64,000 nucleotides of DNA. Origin: Daphnia carinata (lineage: Eukaryota). The stretch is taken from contig NC_081331.1 of the NCBI RefSeq assembly GCF_022539665.2, forward strand, positions 6,820,001-6,884,000. Direction: 5' to 3'. Of the stretch, positions 1-11,973 are shown piece by piece (positions within the stretch are counted from its first letter, which is position 1; the number at the start of each line of letters is the position of its first letter). The position numbers and the translations under genes are program-made. Below the pieces are notes generated by a model that saw only the letters and a list, made by a program, of their open reading frames with translations, was not told the DNA's origin and searched no databases.

Positions 1-634
1 TAGTAAATGCGGATGGCACTCAGATGGATGTAACAAAAGTTATGGGGTGGTATATGGGTGGGCTGATGGGTTATTCATAGTGACGGGCAGAGGGATTTAG
101 AAGAAAACTTGAAATGTGAAACCTTCAGCAGCTTCAGAAGACTCTTAGTTATAGATGGTTGGATACAAGACGGATGCAAACACATGGCATCCGTATAAAG
201 TCAGCCAAAGTTGGTACATGAAGTGAACACCCAACTTGTCTTTGATTTCCAACTCTCACCGACGGCAGCTCTCCTTTCCAATTTGCCTAAAGTCTCTATA
301 CTGGGACCGTTCGATTTAAATTCAGCTCGCAAGTGTTGACCTCTTTTTTCTTTTTCGAGAAACTAATTTGATTAACCCCCTGCGTCTGTCACGTACGCCA
401 TCCAAAAAGAAAAGAAAAAAAAAAAAACAATCCAGCCGTTTGAAATCAAAGTTTGGACCGTTCCTTAACGCGGGTGTCCGTAACGTGAAAAGGGAAGAGT
501 TTCTAACCGTACGGCTGGCGTACGTGTTGGGTGCGCTTGTAATTAGTGGCAGAAAAGGCTGGATGATTACAGTCTACAAGTGCCAATTGAAGTAGCGCCA
601 AGGATGAATCGAAAACCTGCTCGAATTTGCTTAC

Positions 635-944
635 CTGTCCTTGTTTGTCCATTTCGTTATTGGTCAACTTGACTTTCTCGAAGGAGATGACTTGCTTGCG
701 AAGCTGGTCGGGTGTGAACGGCGAGTCCGGGTGGGTGTAGAGACGTGCCGGAGCCGGCGGATCGGCTTTGCCGGCCACCAGCCACGATGATCGATGGTAG
801 GCGTATCGGTAGCGCTTGCTGTCCACCGGCACAACGTCCAACATGACGAAATAGCGCACTCGATTGGCTCCGTTGTTGCTCACGTCACGGTGATCACCGA
901 ACAGCGAACCGGAGAAAGTAATGCGCACAGTTGGGAACATGCGT
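635..944 (-). CDS. H15: Tbx20/H15/midline paralog A, coding exon 3 (T-box core); later exons lie beyond the left edge of the window
   Basis: TTTTAG acceptor ending at 945; RRMFPTVRITFSG...KRYRYAYHRSSWLVAGKADPP...FEKVKLTNNEMDKQGQ is diagnostic of the Tbx20 subfamily; CAG|GTAAGC donor at 634. Confidence 0.95.
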
Positions 945-1031
945 CTAAAAAACGTTTAACAAATTGCTTGTTAAAAATACAGTTTTTTTTTTTTTTTTTT
1001 TTAAATTTATTTGAGTCTTCGATGAACTGAC

Positions 1032-1446
1032 CTGCCGGTTTTCGTGATGATCATTTCGGTGCCCAACTCGTGGAACTTGTCCCACAACTCTTTGGTTTCC
1101 AGTTGGCAGTCCACACCCATGAGCTCGTCGCAATTGCAGCGCGGCTTAATCAAATGATTTACCGGCTCCGAGCGACTTTTCTTCTTGCCATTTGAGCGAA
1201 CGGGACCCGATTTGCTCTTGTTTCCGCTGCTGCTCTTGCTCTTGTTGTCTTCCTCATCTTCCTCCTCGTCGGCTTCCTGCTCGTCTTCGCAAGACAGAGC
1301 CGACGGTGACGAAGCCGAGACGTTCTCAGCATCAGAGAATTCTTCGACATCCACATCCTTCTCGATGTCCACGTCGGACTCTTCCGATTTGCATATCTGT
1401 GTCGTCTCTTGTTTAGGCAGCACGGTCTTTGTCAACACCGGATCTG
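1032..1446 (-). CDS. H15: Tbx20/H15/midline paralog A, coding exon 2 (acidic/basic linker and start of T-box)
   Basis: CAGCAG acceptor (exon start 1446 or 1443, both in frame); encodes KPRCNCDELMGVDCQLETKELWDKFHELGTEMIITKTG; phase-2 donor AG|GTCAGT at 1031. Confidence 0.92.
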
Positions 1447-1528
1447 CTGACACCACAAGTTTTTTTGTTTTCGTTAACTCGTTTTGCCCACCAACCAACA
1501 CCAAAACACAAATGAAATGAAAACTTAC

Positions 1529-1757
1529 CGAAATGGAAAATTGGTTTGCTGTTGGCCGATTCGGGTGATGACGGTTTCACGTAGAATTCGTGATGCGATG
1601 TCGGTTTGCTGTTGCTGCTGCTGCTGCCAATGATGGCCGCAATCGAGAAATCTGTGGCTTTGATGGCCCGAATTGCCGAAGCTGGCGGGGCGGCCGCAAT
1701 GTGTTGGTGGAGGCTGATGCGGCAGGTCTCGTCTTCCATTGTTCCGGCAGGCAACAT
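1529..1757 (-). CDS. H15: T-box transcription factor Tbx20/H15/midline paralog A, coding exon 1 (eh1 Groucho-binding motif FSIAAII)
   Basis: First in-frame ATG at 1757 (MLPAGTMEDE..., parallels MLPV of paralog B); eh1 motif FSIAAII; phase-1 donor G|GTAAGT at 1528. Confidence 0.85.
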
Positions 1758-4700
1758 TTGTCTCACTTGAAAAACGGCTTTCAAAAAATGTTCGAAATAT
1801 CGCAAGAAGTTCACACGTTGTTCGTCACTTTTTTTTCGTCTTTGATAGTAGTTCAATGAGTCTCAGGTAGTTTGATCAACTTGAAAACGGTGGTGAGCAA
1901 GGAGCACTGCCTTCTGCGCTCGAGTCGAGTAGGCGATCAACTGAAGCTGTTGGAGACTTGGGGCCCGCATTTTGGTGTTTAGCTGGCTGCTGCCTCGCCG
2001 TGTCAAAACACCCGACTCCTCCCCATTTGGCCTTCGAGGGGAGGAGTCGTTGCTCTCCTCAGTGACGACCGGGGCCAATCCGGCCTTCGTCGTGGGCGAG
2101 AAAATGGGAGGGAGCTCGTCTCTGGCACTCGCACGCATAGTGAAGCTATCTCTACCGCGTCGTCGCGCATTCCCTGCATTCCGCCGAATTGATTTTTCTT
2201 GTTTTTTCCCTTTTTTTTTAACTTGTACATTTTTGTTTTCCGCCCTCCCAAAAAACTTCCGGAACAGCTTGAAGTTAAAACAAAAAAAAACAAAACAAGG
2301 ACTATACAATATGTTCCACGACATTTATTGTCAAGTACGTTACATACCGTCGGTATAGGTGCAATGTCTTAGGCCTGAATTATATGGTGTACTGTCGAGT
2401 ATTGTCTTTGAAATGAAACGTTCTGTAACTATGTAATAAGGTATAAGTCTATTTCGTTTTCCGGTCTATAACATCATCCCTTTGATATGCGGTGTTTCAC
2501 TAAACAAAAAAAAATACAAATTCGAAACCCGTGCAATGCGCTATCTGGTGTCGCTATGCGCGACATCAATCGATAGCGACACGCATATAGCGAAATATAA
2601 ATAGTAGAACAATGTTGACTTGATTTTTGACGAGCAACTGAATGAAGAGTGACAAGTTGTTTGTGTACCCATCGACCTAAAAAAAAAAAAAAAAAATCCT
2701 TTCATATTTTGCTTCTCGTTTTTTTTGTTTCCACCACGAAGAAAAGAACCCAGGAGGTCGGCCAAATATTTCGCCAGGTCACAAAAAAAAATTAACCCTT
2801 TCCAATTCCGATCGTTGTCGAGAACTTTTCAAGTTTGGACTCTGTGGTGAAAAGCAACCGGAATCGAGAAACGCACCCACAAAAAAAAAACAAAAAAAAA
2901 AAGTGAAAAGAACATGCCAATGGAATGAAAATTTTCCCTTTGACTTGTGTATTGGCTCGTACAATGTCAATGTCACAGCAAAACGGTTTCCATGTATGTC
3001 ACTATACACAAGACGTGGCTCTGATGATTGACGTGGACATGATTGGAAACAAGTCCGGAATTTCGCTACGCGACTTCCCATCGAGTTATATACATCAACG
3101 TCCCCAATATGATTTTCTTTTTTAAAGTTTTTTCTTATTGTGCACTAACCAGATGAAGAAACCGCAATGCGGCCGTGTGCAACTGTCTAAGGTTGCCCTG
3201 ACAAGGCCGCGCGACTCCTGGCAATCGCCAAGCCATTCAACGGCTCTTGATTGTCTCTTTATGGTTGGAAAAGAGAAAAGAATAAAAGTCAGTTGGCCGT
3301 TCTCTGGCACGCCTCTTTATGCATATAAGACACAAATATTATTCGTAAATCGTCGAGATAATCGCCAGTTGAAAGATTTCCATCTCCTTCGGACGTGGCC
3401 AGTTCTTCAACATTTTCGGGATTACAAGTTTTACGACTTTGTAGGGCCGTCCGCTTTATTACGCAGTGTACGGTTAAAAACAAAACAAAAACCCATACGT
3501 GTATGGGTTGGTATTTTTCGTGTTTGGATAAATAACAAAACAAACGGAGGGGGGGGGGGATGTGTTTCTACTTCTAAAATAAGAGTCATGAATCAACAGG
3601 ACTAACGGCTGACGGGCAACAATCAACGCACCGTGCAGCGTGACATCCGGTTTATATATTTATAACTCCCAACATCCAGTCTACAGATGTTAACAAAAAT
3701 AGGAAAGGACAGAACACATACTGTACAACAAAAAAATATGGAGGGTTTGATTCATGGAACAACTATACGATATAACTGCACGCATAGCAGACCCCTAACA
3801 AAAATGATGGCCGCGAGGTTCATCAACATCGTCACTAGTCGGCAGCATTTTGGTTCGTCATCAGCTGCTCCTGCCGCCCGGATTGGATGACGTGTCAAAG
3901 GCGGACTGACAACCGAGAAGAAAAAAAAAGTCCGATCTTTTTCCAGTTTTTTTTGTTCTATTTCATTGTGCGCGTGTATCTACGTATGTAGTTGTCCTCT
4001 GTTCTTCTGTCTGTCTGTTTTTCTTTTCTTTCTAAGTTGATGCTCCGTCGAGCATCAAGGGGGCGCGGAAGACTTTGACATCGAAGCCTTTGCTCGCGCA
4101 CTGCCTCCTTAAGAGATGCTGGAACACAGTCACCCACCAGAGTCAAGGAGGTTAGGGTGGGTGGGGTGACAAACAAGTCATTGATCCTCTTTTTAAGGAC
4201 TCTCTCTATTTTATTTTTTTCTTATTCTCTTCAGCGATGTGCTACATATATGTGTGTGTGTTTCTTGTATAGCAATCCCCTCATATAAATACGGGTGTAG
4301 GCTGGCACTCCCCCGCCCTCCCGTGCGCTGTGTAAACCCCCCAGTGGGCCATTGTCCATAATCCGGTCGCGCTTGTTCTCTTATCTTCATATAGTGTGTA
4401 GCTGAAAGACAACACGGAATGAATAAAAAGAAAAAAAGCCTTCAAACAACAATATAACTGTAGATCCCTTTATTCTTGTTTCGATCTTCTCGTTTTATGC
4501 GCCGCCCTCTGAAAACTACTAAATGAGGAGGCCTACGTCCGAGTATAGAACAGGACATTGTGGTGTACGCCTATAGTTATTTTTATTTTTATGTTGTTCC
4601 AGCCCTTTTTTTTTTTTTTTTTTGGCGGAGGTAGACCATTGAATTTCGCACACAACAGAGATCCTTTAATCGCATTACAAGTCCTGTGTAATCCATTGGA

Positions 4701-5926
4701 CGTTCCATGTATGCGAAAACAGTTGTTGTTGTGTGCGGCGGGTTAGCGAGACCATTTGCCCTCGCTGTGTTATCTCGGATCTTTTGTAACGAACGTGGAC
4801 ATTAGATTCAGGAAGTCTGTATGTTATTGCGGGAAGGGGGAGGGATTTAATGTATTCGGATGGGCTAATGCCCCGTGATGGAGAGGAAAGCCGGTCTTCT
4901 TCTTTGCCCTTTATAACTGGTGACGAATAGCGACTTCCAGATGGTGGGTGGTGCTCTACTTTGATGTCGACCTCGACATGCAACACTAATACAGTCCAAC
5001 ACTTCCGCCTGTTCACTGGGATTTTTTTTTTCTTTCGTTTTGCCTCATTTTTTTTTTCCCGTTGGCTAATTGGGAAACACGACGCGACAGGTTCTTCGCC
5101 TTCCCAACGTCACAGTTTGGAAAAAAAGAGAAAATAAAAAAGAAAGATTTAAATAACTTTTTTTTTTTTTTTTACAAGTTGATGAATGAACGAGTGTGGT
5201 GAAAATAAACGACACGTTAGTTTTTTTTTTTTTTTTAAAGAATCCCATCTTTTGAAAAATATTTGCATGATTCTTCCCGGAATCGAATTTTTTTTCATAC
5301 ACATAAAAAATGAATGTTGATTTCGTGTAACGATCCAAGAGGTGACGTAAGCTCGTAGTAAGGTGCGACACCTATTTCGCCAACGAAATATCAAAACAAA
5401 TAAGCGAAAATATCAAAATAAAAGGTGACGTCATTCCCCATCGTATGGCATTGGCAGCTCTTTTGCGGCTTGTTTTTTTTTGTTTTTTTTTCATTCCGTT
5501 CGGTATTCACAACAAATCGCCTTCGCATCCCGTCTCTATCTCGATGATTGAAAACAAAAAGAAACCGTTTTGAGAGGCAAAACAAAAATAGAAAAACAAA
5601 ACAAAACAAAAATACGAGAGAAAGTTATTATAAACGGCTGTGTAAAGAAGAAGAATGAAATGTACAAATCGTGAGAGACGGGCAAGGTGGCTGCCGAGGC
5701 AGCAATAGAAGTCAGAATCTAAAAAAAAAAAAAAAAAAAAAAAAAGGGAAAGACAGAAAGAGATAGGAGGCGAGTTGACATTCCTGACGCTGCAAGTGGC
5801 CCTTGCTTGAGCTATATGCCGTCTCAAACAGGGCATATATCCTATGTTGTACGGTCAACGAGAACTGGCACTGCGGGGAGCTCCTTCTCTGTTTCTATCT
5901 CAAACAGCCACCACAAAACAAAACAC

Positions 5927-5927
<1 letters not shown>

Positions 5928-5959
<32 letters not shown>
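5928..5959. repeat. Poly(A) tract (32 nt), representative of many long A/T homopolymers in the non-coding DNA (e.g. 6484-6514)
   Basis: Read directly from the sequence. Confidence 0.9.
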
Positions 5960-5962
<3 letters not shown>

Positions 5963-6483
5963 AAAGAGGAAGAAAGAAACAGAGACATACCATCACTCTA
6001 TTGCAATATGAACTCCCCCCTCCTCTGTTCGTATAGACTTGAAAAAATTATAACGAACACCAAAATGTAGCAATTTTCTATTTCCTCCTGAAAGCAGCTC
6101 CTCCTCCGGATGCCCTCCCACATAGCTTCAACTCTACGCTCTTAAGTCGTAGGGTTATAACGAATTCATTACGCATGGACAGCCATCCCGACCCGTCAAC
6201 AGTTTGAGTTAATTCTTTGTTTTGCATTTTGCAATTTGAAACTGATTGTTTTTGTTTCTATGAAACAGAGGCATCATTTTCTACAAGTAGATAATGACCG
6301 AAGGCTTTCGTTCCGATAGGTACAAATGAGAAACAAATATTTCTCTGATTTCGTGTTGTGGTTCTAACACGGACGCGGACAGCGTTTCAGCCAATGAGGG
6401 GGCGAGCAAGAGACACTTGCCTCCAAAGAACATTGATGGAAAAAAGATGGATTCCTCCAGATAAAAACCTTTACTAGAAAAAG

Positions 6484-6516
<33 letters not shown>

Positions 6517-6743
6517 AGAAGAGGCCTCGATGTCCTGTTGAGCATTTTTTCTTACATGTTTCTTTCATTTTGTTCCTTCATCTGCGCGCCTCTCTCTCGC
6601 TTTTTCCTATATATATAATACAGTTTTGTCTTGTTGGATCTCTTCTTTCTTCAACTATTTCTTCTTCGTTCCACAATCTGTTCCCACGTGCAGCTCCAGC
6701 ATCCTGGATCTTTTCAAGAGTTTTTGCCGCCGCCCTTCCATCG

Positions 6744-6776
6744 CTTCTTCTTCTTCTTCTTCTTCTTCTTCTTCTT
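6744..6776. repeat. (CTT)11 microsatellite
   Basis: Read directly; explains the spurious poly-L/S/F/R ORFs here. Confidence 0.95.
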
Positions 6777-8565
6777 TTCCCTTCAGAAAGAGAGAAACCG
6801 CCGAAGCCGGCACGCCACAACACCACAAGGACCCACGACATGTTACGGCGACATCTGATTAGCAATGCCGAGTGATGACAGTCCCTCGGCGCATACTACA
6901 TCATCATACCTTACAGGCTCGCACGAACAGACGGTTTTTTTTTTCTTCTTCTTCTCTTTTTCTTTTGGGACATTTTTTTTTTTTCGAGTAGGGACGGATT
7001 TCTTTTTTTTTTTTTTTCTTATAAAAACCTTGTCCCTGATGGGCAGCAAGTTCCTCTACGCAGTGGAGACACGCATCGTGTATAGGTGCGTTGGTATTAT
7101 CATCGCAGTCGAAGCCACACGTCACGCGACCCTCTGAGATTTCTGTTTATTATTCTACGATTCACACACAAGAAGTCTTCAACCGCACCCCCATCTGTTG
7201 ACTTTCCCTCCGCTTCCCCCCTTTTTTTTTTATCGTTGATTGTGTCGCCTACACCTTGGCACGAGAAAGAAAAGTTTAGAAAAAGAAAAAAAGGGGAAAG
7301 ATAATATACCGGGCCGAATGGTTGTATATTTTAGATTTATGAGCTATACATAATAACAATTTTATTGGGCTTGTTAAGTTTGTTTGGATTTCCTTTTGAT
7401 TGGAACATTCGATCTGAAAGCGGATTCAACACTCTGCCGGCTGTGCATTCAGCAAAAGGCGGATGTTGTGTTGCTTTCTGTTTAGTTCTATTGATCAGAC
7501 CGTGTGTGTATCGCATTGGATTGTCTTGCTGCACGGATGCATCGCAACATCCTGATAGAAGTGAAAAAAAAAAAAAAAAAAAATTAAATTGCCTGAATTA
7601 TTCATGGAGAAGTTGAGGTCAGAGACTGTTGACAGGATGACGTCAGCCAACGATATGAGGCATTTTCGTTTCATTTTGTTTCAGTTTTTAACGCTTTACC
7701 TATTTTTTTTTGTTGTTAGATTCTAATCCGGCAACTTGTATATACGCAGACTTTTGTGGGCATGGCGTTAAACAAAAAAAAAAAAAAAAGAAAAAAGAAA
7801 AAAAATTTGATGTACGACACATTTTGTTTTTGTTATATCTAAAATAGGAAAGAAACAAGAGAGGCCATCCAGCAAACCCGCTCACATATACGGGACAACA
7901 TATACAAGATCGACAAGCTTTTATGAGCTCTGACATGAGGTTTTTCTTCTTATTTCTTTCCTTTTCTTTTGGTGTCCACCTGAAAGAGATGGGCAGAGAG
8001 AAGTTTTCTTTCGGAGGGACTTGTGGTGAGGAGATTTCAAGGTGGCAACCATGTGTCGATATAACGGGCTGATAACATACACACAGAGAAAGAAAAAGAA
8101 CCTGCTCCGCACTGCAACAACAACAACATCCAGAGAAGTTAAGAAAAAAAAAGAAAGAGAAAAGGAATAAAAATAAAAAATAACACCTACAACCAAAAAA
8201 AAAAGGAAAAAAAAAAAAAATCCTTGAATAATGGCGTACAAAGTGCATCCCCACAACCACAAACGGACCCACACACTTGTCCAGCCTTTGCGCTGGCCTC
8301 AACCAAGCAACTAACATTCCTCCAAACTGTTTCTTTTTTCTTTCTTTTTCTCTCTCTCTTTCTCTTTTTTTTTTTGTTTCTTTTTTTATCTTATCAGGCC
8401 TTTTCGGATGTAGATAAATATGAAAAAATATAGAGACACCTATCCGAGGCCTAGATAGGTTTACACTTGTACGGGTTGCGAGAAAAGGTGGAAAACGAAA
8501 TCCTGAAATCCTATAGGCGACATTTAAAAGCGGGGAAAGAAGAAGATGGGGGGAAAGACTTTGAC

Positions 8566-8579
8566 GTTGTCATGGCAAC
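8566..8579. promoter_or_regulatory. RFX X-box-like palindrome
   Basis: GTTGTCATGGCAAC, 13/14 match to the perfect X-box GTTGCCATGGCAAC. Confidence 0.45.
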
Positions 8580-11500
8580 CGCGTCTAAAGGTTTTCGGTC
8601 TGGGCTGTTGTTGCGTCGATCAGATAAAAAAAAAGCAAAGGGAAAAACTGCTGCGCTGTCAGGTGATCAAGATGCATCGATTGGAGGCAGCAACGAAGCA
8701 AACGAATGGGGAAGACATTCCTCGGAGCGGAGCGCTCGCTAATTGACATCCATCGAAGAGTCGAGAGAACAGAAAAGAAAGGCAGGAAGAGAGAAAAAAA
8801 AAAACGGCGCGCGGATATATTTTATGTAGTCAACTCTTATCTTATATAAATATATAAAGGTTTCGGGTTGTTAAGGACTTGTGGTCGTCGGGGTGTGAAC
8901 TTGACAACCTTGTCAGATCGAACCTTATTTTTCTAGCCGTTCTATTCCGAAACACACAAGGACTGACTAACAGACCATATACATTTTCAACGAGATAGAA
9001 GAGAAAGAAAAACAAAAACGAATAATAAAAACAAAAACAATAACGAAAAGGTCCAGTAGAAAGGCGTCAACTTGTCTCCCCTTCTCTATAGTCTTTAATG
9101 ACGGTGACGCCCGTTATTTTCCAGGGCCTTTTTCTACCTCTCTTTTCTTGATCTCTGTCACCGATAATCACGTCCCTCCGAGTTCAATTTATTGTCATTT
9201 ACAAAAAGGAAATAGCTTTATTAAGAAGCGAATTTGATACGATCCTCCTTTTTTTTCCCCCTTTGTTTTTGTTTGTATTATTCATCTGATAAAAGTGCAC
9301 AGCCAGAACAACAACCCGTTTGTCGCAAAACGATCGTAATGGGCGCTGCATTCGGCGAAATGGAAGACGTTGCGTTTTACACGTACGAATAAATACCGCG
9401 TGTCGTGAATTATAAAGACCATTGGTGTTCAGGTCACTGGAGGCGATTGAACACCGAACAACACGGAACCCAACGCCCTAAATGGTAGGCGATGTTGGTT
9501 GCGCGGTTTTTCTCAATAAAAAGAGCCGGTCGCCCCCCAAAACATATCACATAACGCGTTCAACTCAATCAAACTTATCTCGGCTTTTTTATTTTTTTGG
9601 AGGGGGCTCCTTGGAAAATATGGAAAAAATCCGAAGACTTCTTTATTTTCCTTTTTCCTCATATTCTTTCATTTTTTTAAACCTCCCTGACGGGTGTGCG
9701 TGTGTCGACTGAATTTGTTACGTTACCGGGAATCTCCGTCGGTGCCGGATCATATTTCCAAAAAGAATAGACGAAGAAGAACGAAAAAAAAAATACAAAA
9801 AAACAACAAAAGGAAGCGGCAAATGAAACCGATTCGAAACCGCCGATTTATCAGCAGCCGTTGGCCAGGTCGCCATCGCCCCTCCGCACACGAAAATATA
9901 AATTCGAAACCCGCTCCATATAGGCACGCAGGTCGCCGATAGCGCATTACGTATTCAGTCGATGCATGCGCAGTAATCAACACGTCGTCCTCGGACGGAA
10001 CGAAAGAAAAAGCGCACGCTCAAAAAAAAAAAAAAAAAAGAAAAATTGAGGTCATATTACAAAAGGCTTTCGAAATTTATAGTTTACATCTACGCGCGGT
10101 GCTAAAATTTCTCCTTGCGACTCTTTTTTTTTTTTTTTTTTTTTTTAAGAGTCAGCCGTATTTATTTATTTACGTTTCTTTAATGCATATGCTCACCGTA
10201 TAGTAAAAACATATAGGTATATAATACCCGCCAAGCCGGTGCGTGTATTTGTTTTGCGCTGCATGTACGACATCTCTTTATAACAAGGTCTATTCTTTTT
10301 CTCGTGGCTTAAACAAAATAAAAAGTGCTTGATTAGCCGTACGAGAATTGGAAGATGAACCATGAGACGTAGGATATGAGCGTCGTCACGCTGCCATAAT
10401 AGCCCGATGTCTATAGTTGTAGACAAGAGACTGTTGGAGTTGGCAAGAGAGAGTGCCGGTTGAGAACGGAACACACACACAAAAAGAAGACGTTGTTGAT
10501 TCAACGTTTTGAAATCCCCGCCTCGAACGATGGCGAAGCGAGTGTATTATTATTTTAGCTCGACCACCAAGGAAGATATACGCTTACCATAAATAATGTT
10601 ATAGTCAGCTCTCTTCTATACATTTTGTTCTCCCTTCATTTCTTTTTTTTTTTGTTGTTGTACTTTATTCTATTGCCGTGTTCCGAGCGGCATTGTTCAT
10701 ATTGGTGTTGATTAACATTCTTCTCGGGGCGTCACATGTGATTCCCCTCAGTGGTTAATAACAGCAGCAGCTATTTAGCGGCAAACAGGTTCCAACCTGC
10801 GCATTTATGGCCTTTCACTTGCTGTTTGTTTTTCAAGAAGCTTTTTTTTTTTTTTAAATAACATAATAGGTCTATTATATCGCTATTGCAACCCCTATTA
10901 CCGTTCCCATCTTTACGTCTCGTTGAGGCCGCATTTTAAGTCTCTACTAATTTTAGAAGTGGATTTTTTTTTCTTGTTTTCCGCATATAATCCCTCCCTC
11001 CGCTTTGATGATGAGGAAAATGCTGACTCTGCAAAGCCGGCAGTTGATTTCGAATGACGACCGTCGACGTATGTGGAATGCGCGAAGCGAAATGCAGCCG
11101 CACAGTTTCCATTAGAAAAGAAAGGAGAAAGAAAAACGTACATGAAAACATTTCTAATTGGCATCCTTTCACTAGTGCCATCCAGAGGTATTGTGTACGA
11201 AAGCGTAGGTACACACAGCTCAACATAGGAAAACACAGGTACATATGGAGGCGTCCTTCTAATATCGACAACTGCAAGCCGTACGGGCGTATAAAATACG
11301 TAGACGGAACTATAGTATTGGCCTAATTGACCGTGACGGTGTGTTGTCAGCCGGATTTGCACGCCACCTTGCCCACCGACAGCGGCTCTATTCAAACAGT
11401 CGATTCCTCGCCTCGTCTATACTCGCAACTTCTCTTTCAATGTTTTCCTTTTTTTTTTTTTTGGCTTTTAAAGGATCCGACTTCTATCTGGTATACCGCC

Positions 11501-11963
11501 TCTGCTGGCGACCGTGTGTGTGTGTCTAATTTCTTTTTGATTCCCGCAAGCCGAGGGGAAAAAATAGACGACCAGTCACAACATCGATCCCACGACAATT
11601 ATCAACGCTTCCACATCCAAATATTCCTTTTTTCAGAGTTTTCCGAAGAGGCAGGGGGGGGGGGGGGTTGCCTTAATGGCGCTACTTACGCGAACTGCTA
11701 GGCCTTAAATTGTTGAGTCCCAACACTTTCAGTTCCGTCCTTTCTTTTTCTTTTTTTTTTTGAAAGAAAATAAATGTCTATTGACTACCGATCCATTCGT
11801 TTCCTTCCCTTCGTGGTCCGTTTTTCTATACTTTATGCTTGCATTGTTGTATTTTATTTTTATTTTTTTACACTTCTTCCTTTCCTCGATGGTCTCCGCT
11901 CGGTTGAAGCCTAAAAACTTGTGTACAATCGATTCACACGGCGTCGCCGACTTCATTCATCTT

Positions 11964-11973
11964 GCGCCACCTG
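11964..11973 (-). promoter_or_regulatory. CTCF-like core motif
   Basis: CAGGTGGCGC on the minus strand; matches AGRKGGCGC. Confidence 0.35.

Noticed and set aside
1863..2358. Overlapping 128-153 aa ORFs upstream of paralog A, including a possible 35-aa uORF (1970-1863)
   Set aside because: GC-rich promoter/5'UTR DNA with homopolymer-derived K/F runs; the uORF ATG lies upstream of the likely Inr
8467..8742. Protein-looking 91-aa ORF
   Set aside because: TTG start, no recognisable family, no flanking exons
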